DNA of 64,000 nucleotides, from NCBI GenBank assembly GCA_965208105.1, contig OZ242318.1, positions 2,432,001 through 2,496,000 of the forward strand. Direction: 5' to 3'. This document shows, in pieces, positions 44,802 through 52,050 of the stretch; position 1 is the stretch's first letter, and each line of letters opens with the position of its first letter. The translations under genes and the position numbers were made by a program. Below the pieces are notes generated by a model. That model did not search any database and was not told the DNA's origin. It worked only from the letters and a program-made list of their open reading frames with translations. Source of the stretch: Candidatus Latescibacterota bacterium. Lineage in GTDB: Bacteria > Latescibacterota > UBA2968 > UBA8231.

Positions 44802-47614
44802 GTCCGCCGATGCGAATTTTACTCCAACCTGCTCTCCACGTGCTTGGATGCATCATGCTCGCCGGTTGTACACCCGAACCCAAATTGGATAATGTGCGTC
44901 TCAGCTATTCGGTTCGGTTGGGTCCGGCTGGTTCCGATACGGTCTCGGTCGCCCTGAGCACCAGTGGTTTAAAAAACGAAAGCGTTCTTTTGAGGAGTTA
45001 TGAACCTCGGAATTTCATGCGTCTTTCAGGTCTTGAAGTTTTCGACTCCGATGGGAGTCGGATTCTCCATGAAACCATCGAGACTTATCCCGGCGGCTCC
45101 AAAGAGCCTCTGCTGCACTACCGCCTTACTCCGCCAGATCACAAAGAGACAAGGGTAGTCTATCGGGTGCGACCAGGCATGCAGATCGGGATGAAGCACG
45201 GCAGACATCCTACCCATGTCAGTGGCTACCTTGGCGAAGATTTCGGGCTGATATCTGGACGCAACCTCTTTCTTGTCCCGGATGCCCCTCTCGGTTTCGT
45301 GGAAGTCGAGGTCACAGCCCCATCCTCTTGGAGGGTAGTCAGCACCTGGCCGCAAATCTCGGAGACCAGCGAAGGTAATGCAGTTTTCCAGCCCCGTATC
45401 TTCGAAACACGAAAGCCAGAGGATCTGGTCAACGGCCTGCTTGGCCTTGGAAAGCTCGTCACCTATGAAGAAGAGGTTGAGGGCGCGACAATATCCGTTT
45501 CGGTTTACGAACGATGGCCGGAGCATTTCAGGCTGCACTTGGCTCGAAGTGGTTTCGCACTTTACCGCAATATTGCGACCATTTTCGATTCCCAGATCAA
45601 AGATCCCTACAACTTGATTTTTACCCCCAAGGGACCAGGAGTCCCCAGCATTGCGGTTGCTGCAACCGGTCATGGAAATGGCCGGGAAATGTGGCCGGCA
45701 TCGAAAGGCCGCTGGATCTCAGCAGCTGAAGAAATGGCCTATCGCTGGCTCCGCTATCTTCCCCACAGGATGGAGTTCAAGGTTGCAGATGATATGTGGT
45801 TCATCGACGGCACCGCCATGTATCTTGCTCTCCAAGCCTGTGAGGACGCAGGGATCATTGACGGCATCCGTCCGTACCTGGCAGAATCTTACCGTTCGTA
45901 CAACAGCAAGCGGTTGCGTTCGTTCACCGAGGATAAAACACCGGTTCCAGCGCGTCTCTACGACCAACCGGACCGGATCACCAAAGACCGAGGCCGGCGA
46001 ATTGGTCCTGCTCTGGCGCACCATTTAGATATGCTGATTCAAAGCCATTCGAATCGAAAATTCGATCTGACTACTGTCCTGAAACACGCAATGAAGAAAA
46101 GAGACAACTTATCCTTGCGTAATCTGGTTGCCGACGCGACGGGATTCGACCCGGAGGGCTTCTTCGAGCGGCATATCCACCCTCAGACCATGCCTATTAT
46201 CCCGTTGCATTTCACAAGTTCAAGCCTCCCGCTTGAGCCTGTGGTCCCACGTCTACCTCTATTTCGTTCGGGGAATGCAGCCGTGGTGGATACCATTTCT
46301 CTGGTCCTTACCGGCAAGACACAAGGTTATCTCGAGGCGTGCGGCTGCAAATTCAACATGTCGGGAGGTATCACGCGCCGTGCCCGACTAATCAGCCAGA
46401 TCCGGGAACGACGCCCCAATGTACTGGTACTCGACGCGGGCAATGCTTTCCCGACGGAGCAGGATGTTCCCTACATGGACAACCTGACATCAGCCGAGAT
46501 AGATGCTTACCTGGAGGCCATGAGATTAATGGGCTATCGCTTCGCCGCGATCAACGAGTACGAGCTGTACTATGGTGGCGAATTTCTGAAATCCAAGGTT
46601 GAGAGCACCGGATTCCCCTTTCTCGGCGCCAACGTATTCCACGGTGGGAAGCTTATAGCCGCTCCTGCGGTCTCGGTCCGGGTAGCCGGTTATCGCATCG
46701 GCTTTGTCGGTATCCTGGAAACCCAGGCCCGGTTCGAGCCTGGCCGCTTCGGAGACAATACCTCGGATATTGTCGTTGGGGATCCGATAACCGCAGTGCG
46801 ACAGTATCTCCCCGGGATCACCGAACGCAACGACTACGTGGGTGTCATCGGTGGTTTCAGCAAAGACCTGGTCTACAAACTGGTTCAGGAATTTCCCGAA
46901 CTCGACCTGGTTATCAATACCGGTCCGCACTTCAATATCACCGAAGACATCCTGAACGGAAGAGTAGTCCTCAAAAAGGATGTCCTCTATGGTTTTCTGC
47001 AAAACACGTTGGTGCTATACGCCGAAGGGGGGGTTTACGGTCTGCATCATGTCGACATCGGAGTCGACCAAAATGGACAACTTGGAAAAGTTGACATCAA
47101 CTATTTCGAAGTGGAGCGGCGAATCGAAGAAGACGAAGAAATGCGAGTTTTCCTGAACCGATTTTATTCAGACATGGCGAGTCGGGAGAGTCTGGTTTCC
47201 GGTCAGGTGGAACCCCTCTTCCGGTGGGATGACGTTCACGACCGCGGGTCCTACGTAGGCACGAATAAATGCGCGACGTGCCACGTTGGCCAACACCGGC
47301 AATGGTCGGCGACAGGCCATTCCACCGCCTACAAAACCCTGCTGGCCGTGCATCGCCAGTATGCTCCCAAGTGCGTCAAATGCCACGTGGTTGGCCTCGG
47401 CCGGTTATCGGGATTTGACATTTTGGAACCGAGCATGGATCTGGCCAACGTGCAGTGCGAGGTCTGCCATGGACCGGGCGAGCATCATGCACAAAGCCCG
47501 TCCAGCGCCAATATCAGGCGCAGTCCGAGTGAAGAGACCTGTACTGAGTGTCACAACCCTGAGCACGACGATGATTTCGACTATCTTCGAGATTGGAAGA
47601 TAGTGAGCCACTGA
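44798..47614 (+). CDS. Lipoprotein fusion: M61-peptidase-like, UshA-like metallophosphoesterase and tetraheme cytochrome c domains
   Basis: Lipobox LAGC; M61-like N-terminal half (WFIDG..Y; HExxH position reads EEMAY); GYLEACGC..GGITRR, LVLDAGN, PFLGAN, RIGFVGI; heme motifs CATCH, CVKCH, CEVCH, CTECH; TTG overlaps the tlpA stop. Confidence 0.75.
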   Translation: MSPPMRILLQPALHVLGCIMLAGCTPEPKLDNVRLSYSVRLGPAGSDTVSVALSTSGLKNESVLLRSYEPRNFMRLSGLEVFDSDGSRILHETIETYPGGSKEPLLHYRLTPPDHKETRVVYRVRPGMQIGMKHGRHPTHVSGYLGEDFGLISGRNLFLVPDAPLGFVEVEVTAPSSWRVVSTWPQISETSEGNAVFQPRIFETRKPEDLVNGLLGLGKLVTYEEEVEGATISVSVYERWPEHFRLHLARSGFALYRNIATIFDSQIKDPYNLIFTPKGPGVPSIAVAATGHGNGREMWPASKGRWISAAEEMAYRWLRYLPHRMEFKVADDMWFIDGTAMYLALQACEDAGIIDGIRPYLAESYRSYNSKRLRSFTEDKTPVPARLYDQPDRITKDRGRRIGPALAHHLDMLIQSHSNRKFDLTTVLKHAMKKRDNLSLRNLVADATGFDPEGFFERHIHPQTMPIIPLHFTSSSLPLEPVVPRLPLFRSGNAAVVDTISLVLTGKTQGYLEACGCKFNMSGGITRRARLISQIRERRPNVLVLDAGNAFPTEQDVPYMDNLTSAEIDAYLEAMRLMGYRFAAINEYELYYGGEFLKSKVESTGFPFLGANVFHGGKLIAAPAVSVRVAGYRIGFVGILETQARFEPGRFGDNTSDIVVGDPITAVRQYLPGITERNDYVGVIGGFSKDLVYKLVQEFPELDLVINTGPHFNITEDILNGRVVLKKDVLYGFLQNTLVLYAEGGVYGLHHVDIGVDQNGQLGKVDINYFEVERRIEEDEEMRVFLNRFYSDMASRESLVSGQVEPLFRWDDVHDRGSYVGTNKCATCHVGQHRQWSATGHSTAYKTLLAVHRQYAPKCVKCHVVGLGRLSGFDILEPSMDLANVQCEVCHGPGEHHAQSPSSANIRRSPSEETCTECHNPEHDDDFDYLRDWKIVSH

Positions 47615-47716
47615 AATCGCGGCGGAGAAAGGAGACCATTTTATTGGCTTCAAAGCAGATCTGCCCATGTCGATCGGTAGGACGGTTAGCTCACACCTAA
47701 ATTCGGAGGAAGAATC

Positions 47717-47947
47717 ATGTCGCGTCGACTCAAGATAATTGCAGCTACCATGCTCGTTTTGGGACTGACCTACTTCATTCCTGCCACCAATCAACCAAAC
47801 AGCACCTACTCCGTGCTCGACCCAGTCTTGGTTGAACGGGCTGAAGCAGGTTATTGGAAAACGAACTATGTCTGCGTAAGTGGGGAGTATTGCGAGAGCA
47901 GTCCAGGTGAGTTCTGCTATTATATCGATCCGCTGCATTGCTACTAA
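47717..47947 (+). CDS. Small secreted Cys-rich peptide, copy A
   Basis: GGAGGA RBS; Sec-type leader ending VERAEA; core GYWKTNYVCVSGEYCESSPGEFCYYIDPLHCY; paralog at 51547. Confidence 0.85.
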   Translation: MSRRLKIIAATMLVLGLTYFIPATNQPNSTYSVLDPVLVERAEAGYWKTNYVCVSGEYCESSPGEFCYYIDPLHCY

Positions 47948-48019
47948 AGGCAAACAACTCACTTGAGGAAAGCTGTGGTGGTTTCTCCAGGTGAACGGCG
48001 GGTCGATCAGAGCACAATC

Positions 48020-48056
48020 GAGGGTCGGCAGCATGGCTGCCGACCCTCCTATTCTT
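48020..48056 (+). terminator. Stem-loop between peptide A and large protein A
   Basis: GAGGGTCGGCAGC-ATG-GCTGCCGACCCTC followed by a weak T-rich tail; conserved in module B. Confidence 0.5.
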
Positions 48057-48103
48057 TGTCCAATGGTTGCACTTATTACCAACAAGAAAAAAGTTGTACA
48101 AGG

Positions 48104-51040
48104 ATGAATTCCACAACCTGCTTGCGGATTTCTCTTTTCCTTCTAGTTATGAGTACCATGTTGGTCGAGGCTATTCCACCTCAGCGCGTAAGACTACCGG
48201 AGGTGACTCCTGGGCAATTCTACCTCAGAGCATCCCTGCCATCCTACCGCAACTTCGCATTTCAGCCCTACACCAACTACCCAGGGCACACAGCCTCTCG
48301 CTCTTCCGGGGTTCCGTATTCCGACTCGCCACGAGCCCTTTTCAACTCCATGGGAGATTATCTCGCCACAGGGTACGATCTCTACGACTGGAACGAGAAG
48401 CGCAATTCGGAAGCATCGTCCAAAAATGGTCAAATCTTTGGTAGCTCCATCTATAAAAACTCCAGGGATTTTACCTGGGCCTTTGGTGACCTTGTCGTGG
48501 CTCGAGACAGTCAGGGTTCGTGGGGATATAGTGCGATCGTGGGGGATGGCCTGATCGCGCGGTTTACCCCGCTCACTTTGTCCAGGGTCGATTTTGATGG
48601 GGTACGATTGGATCTGACCACCCCTTCGCTGCATGCCACCTTGCTGGGTTCTCGCCCGGAGCGTCCGGGAAATAGCAAGGCCATTGCCAAATGGATCGTT
48701 GAAAATACCGAGTATGCGGATGATTCTCCGCTGCTCCTGGGCGGCCGCTTGCAGGGAAACCTCGGCAGGTTGCAACTAGGAATGACCGGGGTCAACCTGC
48801 ACATGTTCCGCAGCACGGCGAGCGACAACACCCTGAAGGGCGTACTGCGCCCCAGCCAGCCTCTCATCGCATGGGTTCTCTTTCGTTTCACCGACGATTC
48901 TCCCACAGACGGTCGCGGAGGAGCCGTGGTCCAGGACCCCGTGCTCATTGTCAACGGCGTGTCCAGGTCCGACCTCCAGGCGCAGGTGATTCGCCATCGG
49001 GCAGGTACCCCATCACAGGTTGGAACCGTCTCTCAAGCTACCGGTGAATTCCGCCCTACTCCCTACTACGTTTTTCGCAGCAGTGTCGGTGGTTTTGAGT
49101 ACGCTCGTTTTTTCCGGAACCGGGAAATTCCTTTGTACGCCGACTATCTCTACCTCATCGACCACGATCGCGGGAAGGACGTGAGCAAGGATACCAACCT
49201 GGAGGAGTTGCTCAATCTGTTTAAGGTAGAGAAACCCAGCCGGATCCTGCATGCCAACGGTGACGACCAGCTTATCTACCTATTCGACGTTTCCCAAGAG
49301 CCCTACATCGAATCGGTGAAACTGGAGGTTGTTCTGTCCAACGACTACAAAGTCGACGTGGCTACCCTGATAGACGAGGACCTCCGCGCGCCCAAGCGCC
49401 ACGCCCAGTTCAAGACAACCTATTACCACACGACATTGCGGGCTAAGGGCAACGTCCAGGACCGCTCCAACCTTCAACGGGTGAAACTGCATGTCGGAGA
49501 GAACACTGCCCTGTTCACCTACAGCGCCGATGCTCATCTAAGCCTTGTGGGTATGGACGTGCATGGAGAAGTGGCTCGATCACGGCGCTACTCCCGCTAC
49601 CCGGCCGAAGCCGCAGAGACACCTGTTTTTGAAAGGGGTGCTCGCTCCAACGATAGGGGAACGGCCTTCTACATTAATGCCATTGGCAAACTGAGCCGAG
49701 GCCGCTTGGGGCTGGAGTACTTCTCTATGCAGCCGGATTTCACCACCGAGGTTCGCTACCATCTTCCCGCCGATGCGGACCATACTCAACGCCATCTTCG
49801 CGGTGTGAGGAACCGCACCATGTACTGGAAACTCGTGCAGGACAACGATGACGGCGACCGATTCGCCGATACGCGCGTAGGCCAACCTCTGAGGAATATC
49901 CCCGATGGTTCGACCACCGACCCCGACGGGGTTTTCCCCGGCCGCGACGAGGACCGAGACGGGATTCCTGACACCAATCGCAACTTCAACGGTATTCCCG
50001 ACTACGAGGAACCATTCCTTATCTTCGACGTGGAACCCAACGAGTATGTTTATGGATTGGACCGCAACCATAACGACGAGCCGGATGTCCGCGAAGACGA
50101 TCTCCATCCCGACTATCCCTACTACCCCGACCAGAAAGGATATCACCTTTTCCTGCAGCTCGGACCGAGGTCCGGGTGGTCGGCGGGCATCGGCCGCTAT
50201 GCGGTGGAGGAAATCGCCGGTGGCGGGCGCAATCGCTCCACCTATGCCCTGCTAGCCTTCCGCGCCAGGGGTACCAAGGAGCACTGGCGACTCTTTCTTG
50301 AAAACCACCTGCGGCGGGTTGAAGACGATATTGCCGATGAGTTCGGCGTTCAAGTGGAGCAACCCCAGACCGGCCTCGAAGAGATCCCCCTGGTCTTCGT
50401 AAGCCAGATCCAGCCCGACCCCCTGTTCTATCGGGACAGTTACGTCAACGAGACCTATCTCGAAGCGGAGCTGCAGCCGTGGTCCGCCCTGCGGTGGGTG
50501 AACAAGTGGCGGCTACGGCTCAACTGGCAACAGGGTGGAAACCGACAGCGCGCCAGAAGGCTGGACTACTGGACCCTGGTCCAGCGCGCCGAGTATTCTG
50601 CAACTTGGGGAAAGTTAAAGGTACGGCCGCAGTGCAAAGTCTTGCTCCTGCATCACGTGGACCAGGATGCGGACCGCCTGATTACCGGTGCCTATGCCCG
50701 TCGCACCTTGCGCTCAGAACTCAGCCTCATCCCCATTTTGCGCATCGAGTATCCCATTCTCCGGCGCACCACCTTGAGGATCGGGGTGCAAGGTTGGGGG
50801 CCGCTTCCCTACCAAAGGCATGACCGGGTACGGGAGCGCAACAATCTCGAGCGCCGCACCGCCTTTGCCACCCTTGCCAACCGCTCCGTCTACCGCGGAT
50901 ACGATCTTCACACCATCATCGGTCTCAAAGGGGACAGCATGGACTACAACAACCGGTTGCGGCGGGGAGAGGAGTACGATACCTGGTCGTTCTTTGTGCG
51001 TGTCTTGACCGGATTCACCGAGTTCGGACCACTCATATAG
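48104..51040 (+). CDS. Large secreted / outer-membrane protein with Asp-rich Ca-binding-like motifs, copy A
   Basis: Signal peptide, DNDDGDRFAD / DEDRDGIPD / NFNGIPD / DRNHNDEPD motifs, amphipathic beta-strand-rich C-terminus; paralog at 52051. Confidence 0.75.
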   Translation: MNSTTCLRISLFLLVMSTMLVEAIPPQRVRLPEVTPGQFYLRASLPSYRNFAFQPYTNYPGHTASRSSGVPYSDSPRALFNSMGDYLATGYDLYDWNEKRNSEASSKNGQIFGSSIYKNSRDFTWAFGDLVVARDSQGSWGYSAIVGDGLIARFTPLTLSRVDFDGVRLDLTTPSLHATLLGSRPERPGNSKAIAKWIVENTEYADDSPLLLGGRLQGNLGRLQLGMTGVNLHMFRSTASDNTLKGVLRPSQPLIAWVLFRFTDDSPTDGRGGAVVQDPVLIVNGVSRSDLQAQVIRHRAGTPSQVGTVSQATGEFRPTPYYVFRSSVGGFEYARFFRNREIPLYADYLYLIDHDRGKDVSKDTNLEELLNLFKVEKPSRILHANGDDQLIYLFDVSQEPYIESVKLEVVLSNDYKVDVATLIDEDLRAPKRHAQFKTTYYHTTLRAKGNVQDRSNLQRVKLHVGENTALFTYSADAHLSLVGMDVHGEVARSRRYSRYPAEAAETPVFERGARSNDRGTAFYINAIGKLSRGRLGLEYFSMQPDFTTEVRYHLPADADHTQRHLRGVRNRTMYWKLVQDNDDGDRFADTRVGQPLRNIPDGSTTDPDGVFPGRDEDRDGIPDTNRNFNGIPDYEEPFLIFDVEPNEYVYGLDRNHNDEPDVREDDLHPDYPYYPDQKGYHLFLQLGPRSGWSAGIGRYAVEEIAGGGRNRSTYALLAFRARGTKEHWRLFLENHLRRVEDDIADEFGVQVEQPQTGLEEIPLVFVSQIQPDPLFYRDSYVNETYLEAELQPWSALRWVNKWRLRLNWQQGGNRQRARRLDYWTLVQRAEYSATWGKLKVRPQCKVLLLHHVDQDADRLITGAYARRTLRSELSLIPILRIEYPILRRTTLRIGVQGWGPLPYQRHDRVRERNNLERRTAFATLANRSVYRGYDLHTIIGLKGDSMDYNNRLRRGEEYDTWSFFVRVLTGFTEFGPLI

Positions 51041-51365
51041 TGGATTCAGCCGCTGCTTTTGCCAGGATGTCGCGCTCGGTGTGCAACTGCTTGATCTGGC
51101 GACGTAAGCGTCGTATTTCGGCGCGTTCGGAGGTGGTCAAGCCATCGTGGCGCCGGCCGCTGTCGAGGTCGGCCTGTTTTACCCAGGTGTGGATCGTCTG
51201 AGCGGAGGGCCCGAACTCTTTGGCCAAGGAGCCTGGCGAGCGTCCGGAGCGGACCAGATCGACCATCTGCTGGCGAAATTCGGGGGGATAGGGAATACGT
51301 GATTTAGGCATGGGGGGCTCCTTTTCATCAAGTGATAAGGTACCCGCCAAACCGGGTCAACTCCA
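51041..51365 (-). mobile_element. Truncated IS3-family element (left IR and orfA)
   Basis: End TGGAGTTGACCCGG; orfA MPKSRIPYPPEFRQQMV.LVRSG...ERDILAKAAA cut at the orfA/orfB junction; no DDE orfB. Confidence 0.88.
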
Positions 51366-51444
51366 GACCTGTACTGAGAGTCACAACCCTGAGCACGACG
51401 ATGATTTCGACTATCTGCGGAATTGGAAGATAGTGAGCCACTGA
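51366..51444 (+). pseudogene. Duplicated 3' tail of the multiheme fusion gene
   Basis: Copy of 47536-47614 (TCTESHNPEHDDDFDYLRNWKIVSH*; CxxCH lost); similarity continues to about 51498. Confidence 0.88.
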
Positions 51445-51546
51445 AACCGCGGCGGAGAAAGGAGACCATTTTATTGGCTTCAAAGCAGATCTGCCCATGC
51501 TATCTACAGCACTGTTAACCCACCACGAAAATGGGAGGGAAAAACC

Positions 51547-51771
51547 ATGACTCGTCGACGCAAGATCATAGCCGCTACCATGCTCGTTCTGGGTCTGACT
51601 TACTTCATTCCGGCAACCAACCAACCAAACAGCGCGTACTCCGTGCTCGATCCAATCTTGGTTGAACGGGCTGAGGCAGGATGGCAATTCCATAAGATCT
51701 GTCGGTCGGGTAGCTGCTGCCCTGAACAAAATGAATTCTGCTATGAAGTCGATGAAGATACGTGCTATTAA
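51547..51771 (+). CDS. Small secreted Cys-rich peptide, copy B
   Basis: GGAGGG RBS; leader nearly identical to copy A; core GWQFHKICRSGSCCPEQNEFCYEVDEDTCY. Confidence 0.85.
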   Translation: MTRRRKIIAATMLVLGLTYFIPATNQPNSAYSVLDPILVERAEAGWQFHKICRSGSCCPEQNEFCYEVDEDTCY

Positions 51772-51963
51772 AGTCGAGTAGAGCTGAAGTCACTACGTGT
51801 GGTCGAAAGTCTCTACCGCCGGAGATATGGCACAACCTTCCATTTTTGTTATTCCAGGGTGCACCTATTTTAATTGTTGACACCAATCGCCTTTCGATCA
51901 GGGGAAATGATGTCAACAATTTCTGGTCCCGGAACTAACGTTCACCAAGCGCAGGCGCGCCTT

Positions 51964-51995
51964 GGAGGGTCGGCATATACTGTCGACCCTCCTTT
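51964..51995 (+). terminator. Stem-loop between peptide B and large protein B
   Basis: GGAGGGTCGGCA-TATAC-TGTCGACCCTCC-TTT. Confidence 0.5.
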
Positions 51996-52050
51996 ATGAG
52001 ATAGTTGCAAAATAGTGCGCGTTTTGCAAACAGACAGGATCAGTCCAGAC

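Noticed and set aside
47717-51771. Assigning the peptides to a known RiPP class (lanthipeptide, ranthipeptide, bufferin)
   Set aside because: No LanB/C/M, radical SAM, YcaO or DUF692 gene and no double-glycine leader in the window.
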